In this document: in pieces, positions 8,264-18,100 of the stretch
Position numbering within the stretch: position 1 is the stretch's first letter
Layout of the letters: the number at the start of each line of letters is the position of its first letter
Assembly (NCBI GenBank): GCA_965249365.1
Contig: OZ252229.1
Span: forward strand, 234,977-298,976
Reading direction: 5' to 3'
DNA from: Dehalococcoidia bacterium
GTDB lineage: Bacteria; Chloroflexota; Dehalococcoidia; Lucifugimonadales; UBA1123
Length of the DNA: 64,000 bases
Notes under the pieces: model-generated
Database searches by the model: none
What the model was told of the DNA's origin: nothing
The model's input: only the letters and a program-made list of their open reading frames with translations
Position numbers and translations under genes: made by a program

Positions 8264-9468
8264 CTAGGGATGCTCTGAATAAGTCCCGATGGTTTGTGGG
8301 ATAGTAAGATAGGGCCAAGGCCTGAAGACGGGGGAGGAGAGGCAATGAACCAGCCGACGTTTGCGGACTTGGACTACGAGAGCAAGAAGCGAAAGACTCG
8401 CCGGGAGAAGTTCCTTGAGCGCATGGATGGACTGATCCCGTGGGAAGAGTTGGAAGAGCGCATCCGACCGTTCTATCCCAAGGCCGGTCGTGGTCGGCGG
8501 CCTTACGAGTTATCGGTGATGCTACGGATACACTGCGTGCAGTTGTTTTACAACCTGAGCGACCCTGGGATGGAGGACATGCTCTACGAGGTCGAATCGG
8601 TGAGGCGGTTCGTAGGGCTGAGACTGCCTGGGCCGCTGCCGGACGAGACGACGATTCTGAACTTCCGCCACCTGCTGGAAGAGCATGAGTTGGGCGCGGG
8701 TCTGTTCGAGGAGATCAACCGCTATCTGGAGTCCAAGGGTCTCCGTCTTCAGGAGGGGACGATAGTGGACGCGAGCATCATAGCGTCGGCTTCATCGACG
8801 AAGAATCGGGCTAAAGAGCGCGACCCCGAGATGCACCAGACGAAGAAGGGAAACGAGTGGCACTTCGGGATGAAGGTGCACATCGGTGTGGACTCGCAGA
8901 CGGGAGTGGTGCACAGCATGACCACGACATCTGCGAACGTGCATGACCTGACTGAGTTGCCCCGGTTGCTGCACGGTGGGGAGTCTCAGGTGTGGGGAGA
9001 TGCTGGGTATCAGGGAGTTGACAAGAGGCCGGGGAACCGGGGCTTGGACGTGGAGTGGCAGGTGGCGATGAGGCCCGGCCAGCGTCGGAAGCTGGAGCCT
9101 GGGAGCCCTGAGGCGGTGTCGGAGAAGCGCAAAGCGTCGGTCAGAGCTAAGGTGGAGCATCCGTTCCTGTACATCAAGCGGCACTTCGGCTACGCCAAGG
9201 TCCGCTACAGGGGGCTGTCCAAGAACAAGCAGCGGCTGATGACGTTGCTGGGGTTTGCCAACTTGATGAGGGCCGAACAGTACCTGACGGCGTGAAACCT
9301 TGTATAAGTGCGCCCAAAATCAGGGCTAACGGCGGCGAAAGGCCCTGTCAGGGCCGGTTGTAGGCCGAGAATAACCCCCACCACGGCGCCATGAGGCAAT
9401 TTAACGCCCCCAAAACCACTCCGGTCAACTCGGCCCAGCCCGAAGCCGATTGTTCAGAGCATCCCTAG
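8264..9468 (+). mobile_element. IS5-family insertion sequence (1197 bp, 8268-9464) with 4-bp CTAG target duplication
   Basis: IRL GGATGCTCTGAATAAG (8268-) versus the reverse complement of IRR, GGATGCTCTGAACAAT (-9464). CTAG at 8264-8267 and 9465-9468. The IR resembles IS5 GGAAGGTGCGAATAAG. Confidence 0.9.
8345..9295 (+). CDS. IS5-family DDE transposase
   Basis: MNQPTFADLDYESKKRKTRREKFLERMDGLIPWEELEERIRPFYPKAGRGRRPYELSVMLRIHCVQLFYNLSDPGMEDMLYE closely parallels IS5 InsH. GGAGGAG lies upstream of ATG 8345. Confidence 0.92.
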   Translation: MNQPTFADLDYESKKRKTRREKFLERMDGLIPWEELEERIRPFYPKAGRGRRPYELSVMLRIHCVQLFYNLSDPGMEDMLYEVESVRRFVGLRLPGPLPDETTILNFRHLLEEHELGAGLFEEINRYLESKGLRLQEGTIVDASIIASASSTKNRAKERDPEMHQTKKGNEWHFGMKVHIGVDSQTGVVHSMTTTSANVHDLTELPRLLHGGESQVWGDAGYQGVDKRPGNRGLDVEWQVAMRPGQRRKLEPGSPEAVSEKRKASVRAKVEHPFLYIKRHFGYAKVRYRGLSKNKQRLMTLLGFANLMRAEQYLTA

Positions 9469-9511
9469 ACAAGTTCATTGCCTGGGGACATGGCTTCAAC
9501 TCCGAAGCGTC

Positions 9512-10672
9512 TTACGCATTCCCCGTCCACTCATTGAGGACCGCGAGGTAGTCATGGTAGGCAAAGATGCGGCTTCGGCGCCTGCCGGTGATCTCGTGAA
9601 CGATGTTCAAATCCGTCAGGCGGCGCAGGGCAGACGACGCGGCAGGGAACGACAGACCAGTCGACTCGCAGACAGCCTGTACGGTCACAATCGCTCGCTC
9701 CTTGAGCACTTGGTGCACCCTATGGACCGACCCGGCCGAACGCCCCACAGTCTGAATCCGTATCTGGTCCTCGGCGAACATCGAGACCAATCTGTGCGCG
9801 GTCGACGCAGCCGACGACGCAGTCTCGGTCACTCCCTGCAGAAAGAAGTCGAGCCACGCCTCCCAGTCGCCGTCGCGCCTCACTACATCAAGACGACTGT
9901 AGTATTCGTCGCGGTGTTGCCTCAGGAACAGACTCAGGTACAGCAGCGGATTGCTCAGGACACCGTCGACGTACAGCAACAGGGTGATCAGCAGGCGTCC
10001 GATACGTCCGTTTCCGTCCAGGAACGGGTGGATCGTCTCGAACTGAACATGCGCGAGGCCTGCGCGGACGATTGAGTTGATGCCAACGACTTCTGCGTGC
10101 AGGAAACGCTCCAGGTCGGACATGCAGTCTAGGACCGACAACGGTGGAGGCGGGACGAAGTGTGCGTTCCCTGGCCGGCTCCCACCGATCCAATTCTGCG
10201 TCCGCCTGAACTCTCCGGGGAACATTCCACTGCCGCGACCACTCTCCATAAGGATTGCATGCATCTCACGGATCAACCGGTTTGATAGCGGGAAACCGCC
10301 CTGAAGCCTGGCCATCCCGTGTTCGAGCGCAGCGACGTATCTGGAGACCTCGACAACGTCGTCCATCGGGACCCCCGGCACCTCCTCCAACTCGAATAAC
10401 AGCAGGTCGGAAAGGGACGACTGCGTGCCCTCGATTTGGGAGGAAAGGACGGCTTCCTTGCGTACGTATGTGTACAGGAAGAGGTGAGGATCCGGTAGGA
10501 GCGTCGAGATGCTATCGAGTCGTCCCAATGCGAGCAGCGCTCGCTCGATCGCCTGCTGGAGCGATGTGAGATCGAGTGCTGGATCAGGCGGGAGCGGAAA
10601 CGGGACGAACGCCCGCACCGTCTCGCCACCGATGGTCGTGACCTCGTAGACGCCTGTCTTTGAGCGGTTCAC
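9512..10672 (-). CDS. Fic-domain protein (AMPylase-type) with N-terminal inhibitory helix and C-terminal winged HTH
   Basis: Catalytic HPFLDGNGRIGRLL. Inhibitory-type motif SSQIEG, which fits (S/T)xxxE(G/N). C-terminal ...ALRRLTDLNIVHEITGRRRSRIFAY. Confidence 0.88.
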   Translation of the reverse strand: MNRSKTGVYEVTTIGGETVRAFVPFPLPPDPALDLTSLQQAIERALLALGRLDSISTLLPDPHLFLYTYVRKEAVLSSQIEGTQSSLSDLLLFELEEVPGVPMDDVVEVSRYVAALEHGMARLQGGFPLSNRLIREMHAILMESGRGSGMFPGEFRRTQNWIGGSRPGNAHFVPPPPLSVLDCMSDLERFLHAEVVGINSIVRAGLAHVQFETIHPFLDGNGRIGRLLITLLLYVDGVLSNPLLYLSLFLRQHRDEYYSRLDVVRRDGDWEAWLDFFLQGVTETASSAASTAHRLVSMFAEDQIRIQTVGRSAGSVHRVHQVLKERAIVTVQAVCESTGLSFPAASSALRRLTDLNIVHEITGRRRSRIFAYHDYLAVLNEWTGNA

Positions 10673-10708
10673 GGTACGTTCGCCCTCTCGGTACCTGCCA
10701 AACGATCG

Positions 10709-10731
10709 CTTAATAACTCAAATAGTTATTA
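10709..10731. promoter_or_regulatory. 9-bp perfect inverted repeat TTAATAACT-caaat-AGTTATTAA in an AT-rich patch upstream of fic
   Basis: Read directly. Located 37-59 nt upstream of the fic start in an otherwise GC-rich genome. Confidence 0.4.
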
Positions 10732-10886
10732 AAGGTTAGGTGCTTAAGTATAAACAATGGGACGGCGATGAGACAATACCGTGCAGACTGATTGATGTCC
10801 GGAGTGGCAGACGTAGCCGATCGCCCGTCCCCGTCTCCTGCATCGCGGGATATTGACAGATTCAAGGACGACGAAGTCCGGAAGAG

Positions 10887-10961
10887 TGGGCCGGCTGGGA
10901 TTCGAACCCAGGACACCCGGATTAAAAGTCCGGTGCTCTGGCCAAGCTGAGCTACCGGCCC
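10887..10961 (-). tRNA. tRNA-Lys (anticodon UUU)
   Basis: Reverse complement GGGCCGGTAGCTCAGCTTGGCCAGAGCACCGGACTTTTAATCCGGGTGTCCTGGGTTCGAATCCCAGCCGGCCCA folds as a 7/4/5/5-bp cloverleaf. Anticodon loop is CTTTTAA. CCA is not encoded. Confidence 0.95.
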
Positions 10962-11277
10962 ACGGTCGGACGGTCTATCGCGGGGGTTCGATCATCATAG
11001 CCGGGCCGTGGTTCGAGGGACAACCGGTACCGCAATACACGGATTCGCCACCCAACAATTGGGTTGCATTATCTGTCGGTGCAGAGCGACATCCGACGCA
11101 CGAGCCCCGAAGCGTCATCTTGAGCGGAGTTAAACGGAGTCGAACCGTCTCCCGTCGATCAGCGTCGAGGGCGTGAGATGCTTCGTCGGCCAGAGGCCGC
11201 CACAGCATGACAGGAAGTGGGGGAGTTGGACCCAGAGTCTTCGTTTAACGATTGAAGTGCGATGTCGGTGGGTTGTC

Positions 11278-11295
11278 GGCGGTTCGCGAACCGCC
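11278..11295. repeat. palindrome GGCGGTTCGCGAACCGCC (same core as the terminator at 56617-56638)
   Basis: 19 nt ggcggttcgcgaaccgccc are shared with 56619-56637. Confidence 0.7.
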
Positions 11296-11560
11296 CGTTC
11301 AAGTATCCCGCGGATGGGCAGCGGATTTGGGCGGTACACTCGATCGCCGACCAGTCCACGCTCGGACTAATCGAGACTCTCGTGGAAGGTGAGAGATGGC
11401 CGGAATCAGAATCGATCGGCCCTCGAGAACGACTGACAAGGAGGTTGACGACCGATTGTGGCAGTAATACCATGCTGCCCATGAAATCCGGTTGGTTCCC
11501 CTCTAGCAGAGCAGGCAATCTGCCTGGCTTTCTCCCGATAAGTGCTCCGCGAGGCTCCCC

Positions 11561-12220
11561 ATGATGGATGATCATATCGAAGCAGTGCTGGTTGTTGAGC
11601 GAGGTGTGGCCGACTTCAGCGTCGTCCCGATCGAGCACTCAAACTGTGTACTCGGGAAGTCGGCAGGAGCGAGCATAATTCTCGACAATCCATACGTGTC
11701 TCGTCGACACGCACGAATCCGCCAGCGCAGCGGTGAATTCGAAATAGAGGACCTAGGGAGCAAGAACGGCACCCTGCTCAACGGGAGCCGTATACGTTCG
11801 GGCCGTCACCCGTTGCAGCCGGGCGACCGAATCGAGCTGGGTCGAGGACAGGTGGTCCTTCGATTTCAGATGGGCGGGTCTACCGTAACCCTGCCTCCGG
11901 ATCACAAGCCGGACGTCGAGGACCTGGTAGTCAACTCCCGTTCCCGCGAGGTTTGGGTACGGGGTCGAAGACTGGACCCTCCCCTCTCCCGCAAAGAGTT
12001 CGATATTCTGAGTCTCATGTTCTCAAATCGCGGTCAGGCCTGCAGCAAGGACGACATAGCCATACACGGCTGGCCCGAACGACCCGATGGCGACGTCCCC
12101 GACCAGGACATCGAGCAGTACATCCGGCGCCTTCGGCTTCGCGTAGAGCTCAATCCGTCCAGGCCGACGCTCATCGTGAACGTCAGGGGATTCGGATACC
12201 GGCTCTCGAGTCGAAGATAG
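11561..12220 (+). CDS. FHA domain fused to an OmpR/PhoB-type winged-helix DNA-binding domain
   Basis: FHA: LGKSAGASIILDNPYVSRRHARI...EDLGSKNGTLLNG...GDRIELG. wHTH: LSRKEFDILSLMFSNRGQACSKDDI...IEQYIRRLRLRVE...VRGFGYRL. Confidence 0.85.
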   Translation: MMDDHIEAVLVVERGVADFSVVPIEHSNCVLGKSAGASIILDNPYVSRRHARIRQRSGEFEIEDLGSKNGTLLNGSRIRSGRHPLQPGDRIELGRGQVVLRFQMGGSTVTLPPDHKPDVEDLVVNSRSREVWVRGRRLDPPLSRKEFDILSLMFSNRGQACSKDDIAIHGWPERPDGDVPDQDIEQYIRRLRLRVELNPSRPTLIVNVRGFGYRLSSRR

Positions 12221-12302
12221 GTAATTCACGGGGTCTGGTTCGGATGCCTGTCATTTCAGGACCCCGGAGCTCCAGCGTTCGAGCCCAATCGGCTCTCCAA
12301 CG

Positions 12303-12330
12303 TTCAGCATCTTTTCAGGTCTTGTTCAGG
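12303..12330 (+). promoter_or_regulatory. three direct TTCAG(C/G) repeats phased at 11 bp (candidate wHTH operator)
   Basis: TTCAGC 12303, TTCAGG 12314, TTCAGG 12325. Located between the FHA-wHTH gene and the 3xFHA gene. Confidence 0.45.
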
Positions 12331-12462
12331 AACCCGAGTGGGAATCAGGTTACTATTGGCAGTGTTCACACCTGCTGAAGTCTCTTGCTGAACACCAACT
12401 GTCAACGTGAATCCGATATGCGGTCGTAGGCGAAAAGGATCCTCGGCCAGAGAGGTAGGAAA

Positions 12463-13950
12463 ATGGATCTCGGATACAGCGGAATTCTGGCGGTCTGGTA
12501 CGACACCTGGCTGTCCATGCTCGGATTTGTTGTCGCGCTTGCAGTCGCGTTTATGGTCGTCGTACGGGAGGACTGGCGTGGTCCCGGACCGGCAATAGTG
12601 GCGGTGCTCGTTCTGCTGGTCATTGCGGCCCTGCCATTGGTTTTTCTCCGCATGGGCATGGCCCTAATGATCGAGGACACGGCGCCGGTTGGCTACATCA
12701 GCCTGATCGGGACGCCACTGGCGATTGCACTTGGCATCGCACGGCTCTATCAACGCTGGGCGGCGGAACGTGAAGCTCTCGACGACGACTCGGTCTACGA
12801 CGAATACTCAGACGTCTATGATGGTGGACATACCATGACGGTCGTGGAGGACGTCACACCTCAACCTGGTCTGGACGTGTCTACTCCTGCTGATCCTCTT
12901 ACCGCACAGGGAACCACCGCGTGGCTGCGCTTCACCTCGGGGCCGAAGTCCGGCCAGTCTATCCCACTCTCCACCGGAACCGTCAATCTTGGGAGAGGCA
13001 TCGACAACGACGTGGTGTTGGACGACGCGTCTGTGAGTCGGAGTCACGCGACGATTGCCTTCCAGGGCGACCAATACTACATCGAAGACGCCGGAAGCAT
13101 GAGCGGCACCCTGGTGGAGGGCGTACCTGCCACCAGAACGGTGCTCGCGTCCGGGGCAACGCTGAAAATCGGCGACTCCGAGCTGGTGTTCATGCGGACA
13201 GAGGGAGACAGTCCGTTGACTGAATCCGGGACCGGTGCAAGCGGTACAGGGCCGGCCGGTCCTGGTGAGACAGTCGTGATGCAACGAGCAGGCAGGCAGA
13301 TCATGGCCTGGCTCGCGGTCGTCTCCGGACCGGCGAAAGGCGCCTCATACCAGCTCAACGAGGGCGACAACACCATCGGACGGTCGCCTGACAATGACAT
13401 GGTTGTCGAGGACACCGCAATCAGCCGCCGGCACGCACTTGTCAGGGTCCAGGACGACCGAATCGTGTTGGTTGATCTCGGGAGCAGCGGCGGAACGGCC
13501 GTCGGGGGTGGGAGACTCGAGGGCAAAGTCGTACCGGCAGGCGGTGTGGTCACCGTGGGTCAGACTCCGCTCCGGGTTGTGCAGATTGAAGCGCAGGACC
13601 AGCTGGAGCAGGGAACGATGTCGGGAGCGACGATTGTCGACACGCCTTCGGGCGGTTCCGCAGTCCTCATCGCACAGTCGGGCCCAGACAGTGGGCGAAG
13701 CTTCAACCTGTCGGAAGGCGACAACTCGATCGGACGGGACCCTTCCAGCGACGTCCTGCTCTCCGACGACTCGGTCAGTCGCCGGCACTCTTTGATCAGG
13801 GTCGAGGCCGATCGCATCCAGGTCTTTGATCTTGGAAGCCGGTCGGGAACGGTCGTTGACGGCGAGCTAATTCAGGGCCACGAGTTGACAGCCGACGACA
13901 CGATCTCAATTGGACGCTCAGAAATCGTACTAATGCGACCGAGTTCCTAG
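12463..13950 (+). CDS. membrane protein with three tandem FHA domains
   Basis: Three N-terminal hydrophobic spans, then three copies of (L/I)GR....D(V/M)V(L/V).D..(V/I)SR.H(A/S)......(Y/I/V)...D(A/L)GS..GT.V.G. Confidence 0.88.
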   Translation: MDLGYSGILAVWYDTWLSMLGFVVALAVAFMVVVREDWRGPGPAIVAVLVLLVIAALPLVFLRMGMALMIEDTAPVGYISLIGTPLAIALGIARLYQRWAAEREALDDDSVYDEYSDVYDGGHTMTVVEDVTPQPGLDVSTPADPLTAQGTTAWLRFTSGPKSGQSIPLSTGTVNLGRGIDNDVVLDDASVSRSHATIAFQGDQYYIEDAGSMSGTLVEGVPATRTVLASGATLKIGDSELVFMRTEGDSPLTESGTGASGTGPAGPGETVVMQRAGRQIMAWLAVVSGPAKGASYQLNEGDNTIGRSPDNDMVVEDTAISRRHALVRVQDDRIVLVDLGSSGGTAVGGGRLEGKVVPAGGVVTVGQTPLRVVQIEAQDQLEQGTMSGATIVDTPSGGSAVLIAQSGPDSGRSFNLSEGDNSIGRDPSSDVLLSDDSVSRRHSLIRVEADRIQVFDLGSRSGTVVDGELIQGHELTADDTISIGRSEIVLMRPSS

Positions 13951-13958
13951 GAGTTCAG

Positions 13959-14951
13959 ATGATGGAGCGCCGTGGAGGCAGGAGAACCACCGCTGACGGG
14001 GGCGCGATCGAGAGCGTCGTTACGCTTGGCGCGCGGACCGATATAGGACTGAAGCGGTCAGCCAACCAGGACGCATACGTCGCGCTGATCGGCGCCAATG
14101 CCCCCTCCGACTGCGACGCGCTGCTTGCTGTTGCTGACGGGATGGGCGGACACAAGGCCGGGGAAGTCGCCAGCGACATGGCGGTCCGCTCTTTGGTCAG
14201 AAAGCTCGGGCGCCCGTCCCAAGGCGACAGGACGCCCGTGACAGGCGGACTCGTCGTGACAATCCAGCGCACCGTCTCAGAGATCAACTCGGAAGTCCAT
14301 AAAGCCGCTTCCCGCCCGGAGACGCGTGGGATGGGGACGACGCTGACGATGGCGGTCCTCACCGGTCAGTACCTCACTCTCGGCCACGTTGGAGACAGCC
14401 GCGCCTACCTCCTTCGCGACGGGCAGCTCCACCAACTTACGAGGGACCACAGTTGGGTCGCCGAGCAGGTGGCGCGCGGGTCGATCTCACCCGCGGACGC
14501 AGAGAGGCATCCTAGACGCAATATATTGACGCGGGCGATCGGGGTGGACCCCAGAGTGGAGGTCGACACCACGACTGTAGAGGTCAAGGAGCGGGACCTC
14601 GTCTTGCTCGCATCGGACGGGCTCCACTCCCTGGTTACGGACGGCGAAATCGCCGAGATTCTCGGGGGCGGCGATCCGCAGGCTGCCAGCAGGGAGCTTG
14701 TCGGCCGGGCAAACGCCCTCGGTGGCAACGACAACATCACCGTCGTTGTCGTCAGGATCGAGAGCCTGGGTCCGCGAAGGCCGTCGGCCATGGGGGTTCA
14801 TGACGCCACGACCGTACTGTCCGGCGGGTCTCCAGCCCCAAGCCTGCGTGGGGCGCTGGCGATCGCCGGGAAGGTCTTGTCGGCCCCTCTGTGGCTGCCT
14901 GTCCTATTGCTTTACCGGACGGCGAGGCGGCTGTTCCGCCGCGGATCGTAG
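13959..14951 (+). CDS. PP2C-family Ser/Thr protein phosphatase with C-terminal membrane anchor
   Basis: NQDAY...VADGMGGHKAGEVAS...GMGTTL...GDSRAYL...ASDGL...GGNDNITVVVV. C-terminal LSAPLWLPVLLLY. Confidence 0.9.
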   Translation: MMERRGGRRTTADGGAIESVVTLGARTDIGLKRSANQDAYVALIGANAPSDCDALLAVADGMGGHKAGEVASDMAVRSLVRKLGRPSQGDRTPVTGGLVVTIQRTVSEINSEVHKAASRPETRGMGTTLTMAVLTGQYLTLGHVGDSRAYLLRDGQLHQLTRDHSWVAEQVARGSISPADAERHPRRNILTRAIGVDPRVEVDTTTVEVKERDLVLLASDGLHSLVTDGEIAEILGGGDPQAASRELVGRANALGGNDNITVVVVRIESLGPRRPSAMGVHDATTVLSGGSPAPSLRGALAIAGKVLSAPLWLPVLLLYRTARRLFRRGS

Positions 14952-15158
14952 CAGTCGGTTTCAACGACCTCAAGCACTTCGACTTGAGACGGGTGGACGC
15001 CCGCGCCACCAGAGGATAGGCCCCGATGAGTACGGGCTTCCAGACGGGGCGGGATGGGTCCGCGAGCGCCTGTGGAGCTGCCGCTCCGGGCAGTGCTCTG
15101 ATTGAGTGCCGGAGGTTCCGGCGCGACTGGCTAGTATCGAAGATACGCAGTGGAGTGA

Positions 15159-18100
15159 ATGGCTGAGCATAGGATGCAGCAGCAGATCATAGGCAGATAC
15201 CAGATCCTCGAGCAGATCGCGGCCGGTGGCCAGGGGACGGTCTATCGAGCGTGGGACACTTCAACCGGAAGAGTCGTAGCGCTCAAGGTGCTGCATCCCC
15301 ATATCGCAAACGACTCCGACGCCCTGGAGAGATTCTACCGCGAAGCCCGCATCGCGGCCTCAGTCACTCATCCAAACGTCACCCAGATATTCGAGGTCGG
15401 ACAGGACGGGGACTACCACTTCATCTCCATGGAGTACCTGCCGATCAGCATCTCCAGCCTCGTAGAGGCACAGGGGAGCCTTCCGGTCGAACGCGCCACT
15501 GCAATCTGTCTCCAGGCAGCTCTAGCGCTGAATGCTGCGAGCCGTACCGGAATCATCCACCGAGACATCAAGCCCCAGAACCTCTTACTTGCCCAGGATG
15601 GAACGGTAAAGGTCACCGACTTCGGCATCGCAAGGGCCACCGCGCTTTCTACGATGACCCGAACGGGCGCTCTGATGGGGACTCCGTACTACATGTCACC
15701 CGAGCAGGCAAGGGGCAGCCGCGTTGACACGCGGTCAGATCTCTACTCCTTGGGCATCGTCCTCTACCAGCTGCTGACCGGAACCATCCCGTTCGACGCC
15801 GAGACCCCTTGGGAGGTGATCCGACAGCACATCGAGGAACAGCCACCGTCTATACGTCAGTCGAGGCCGGACATCCCGGCCGCCCTTGAAGAGGTGGTGA
15901 ACCGGTGCCTGGAGAAGGACCCGAACCTTCGGTTCCAAACACCCTCCGATTTTGCTCAGGCACTTCGACAGGCGGTGCCCGTCGCTCGGACGAGACCCGA
16001 ACCAACCGAGACACCGCCAGCGCCTGTCGGGCCCTCGCCCACTCGGCGGCCGGCCGCTCTGCGGCGGCCGGTTACACCAGAGCGGCCGGTCACTCCCCAG
16101 ACGCCGACTACACCGACGGAACCGGATTCTGCTCGACGACCGGCTCTCCAACCGCAGCCGAAGCCGGATACGTCCTCGAGCGCCGACCGGGGACGAGCCG
16201 GCAGGACCCCAACGGGGACCCGGCCCGCGAGAACATCCCGAGACGTCCGCGCCAGACGCGGGCGAAGCTGGAGGTGGTACGCAGGGATCGTCCTTCTCGG
16301 TGTGCTCGTTCCGATAGGGATTATCGCACTCATAGCTCAGCTCGCTGGGTCGGGCGGGATTTCGGGGCCTCTTCCGACGCCGATTCCGAACACCCCGGTC
16401 CCACCGACTGCTACGCCGGCGCCCGTCGTGATTGTGCCGCCGCCGGACACGCCGACGCCTGAGGTCCGCGTCACCGCAACACCGCCGCCTACGGCTACAC
16501 CCGTTGCGGTCGTACCGCCACCGGGCACCCCCACGCCGACGCCCGGTGCGGCCGTGACGCCTGTTCCAGTGAACAACGCCCCCGAGGCTGTATCTGCGAT
16601 CGACGCTCTGAATCTATCGATTGGCGCCGACGCAGAGTTGGTGGACGTCATGGGCGCGTTCCGGGACCCGGACGGCGACAGTCTCACCTACTCGGTTTCG
16701 TCGTCGGACTCGAACGTCGCGACGGCGAGCATGTCCGGCCCGGTTGTGACGGTCTATCCAATCGGCGCAGGCCGGGTGACGATCACTGTGACGGCCAGTG
16801 ATTCGGAAGGCTTGGCCGTGTCTCAGACCATCAACGTTACCGTCGACGAGACACCGGCTACTGTCACGATACCCGACGCGGGCCTCCGCGAAGCGATTTA
16901 CGCGGCGTTGGAAAAGGAGAGCAGCGAGCCGCTGACAGCGGCTGAGATGACGACTCTTCTACGCCTTGAGGCCGACAACAGGGGGATAGTCGATCTCACA
17001 GGGCTCGAATACGCCACAGACCTCGAGGAGTTGATAGTTGAGAACAACTCGATTTCGGATCTGTCCCCATTGGCTGGCTTGAGCCAGCTTGTGTATTTGA
17101 TTCTCAGCGGCAACTCGATATCTGATATCTCACCGTTGACTGCCCTGGACAGGCTCACAAACCTCTATCTCTGGGATAACTCGGTGTCTGATCTATCTCC
17201 TCTCGCCAACTTGAATGAGCTCAGAAACCTGGGGCTATTCGGCAATTCAATCTCCGACTTGTCTCCGCTGGCGGGCTTGTCCAACCTGAGGAGTCTGGAT
17301 CTTGGGACAAACTCCATTTCAGACCTTTCAGGACTCGAGGTCTTGGCCGAGTTGGAGACCCTTCGGCTCGGCATCAACTCGATCACTGACGTCTCTGCGC
17401 TGGCCGGTCTAAGGGAGCTTCAGGACCTCGAGCTCGGAGGCAACTCCGTCACAGAGGTCTCGCCACTGGCCAGTCTGACAAACCTAAGATATTTGGGGCT
17501 CTGGAATAACGCAATATCCGACCTTGAGGCATTGGTCGCCAACCCTGGACTGGGAGAAGGGGACGAGATCGACGTCACCCTCAACCCTCTCAGCGACGAC
17601 TCGATCAGCACACACATCCCGACCTTGCAGAAGAGAGGCGTAAACGTACTGCTCGATGCCAGTGAAGTCACCGATCTGGTAGAACCGCCGCCACCCGTCA
17701 CAGACCTTATTGTGGAGAGCATCACGAGGGTGCCCATGGACGCCCTCGTGGGAGACACCGTCACCATTACGGCGACGGTCACGAACCTGGGGCCGGGAAC
17801 TGTGGGATCGTCGGAAGTCCGGTTCATCGTGGATGACTCGACAGATCCATTTGCGGTAGCCGAGACCGCTGAGCTCGTTCCAGGGAACGCGGAGGTTGTA
17901 ACTGTCCCGTGGAAGACCGAGGCGGGTTCTCACACGTTCAGAGTAGTCGCAGAAGTGAGGGACGACCTCGACGAGTCCGACGAGTCGAACAACGAATTGA
18001 CGGTTACGTTTGAGGGTGGAGACCGACATCGCCTCGTTTGGCAGTTTGAGATAGACAGCTCAGGGTATGTCTCTACACCGGCAGTCGCTGATGGCGTTGT

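Noticed and set aside
11175-11188. 14-nt match gagatgcttcgtcg with 24855-24868, and cagcatgacag with 24905-24915
   Set aside because: Matches of 11-14 nt are expected by chance in 64 kb on two strands. The second match lies inside the MFS coding end. I did not count them as part of the repeat family.
10962-11560. tmRNA, RNase P RNA, SRP RNA or a degenerate tRNA next to tRNA-Lys
   Set aside because: I found no GGAAAGTCCGG or GGTAAGAGC (RNase P) boxes, no tRNA-like 3' end with a tag ORF, and no SRP GGAA tetraloop motif. The T-arm-like GACGGTTCGACTCCGTT at about 11130-11150 (minus) lacks a matching acceptor stem.
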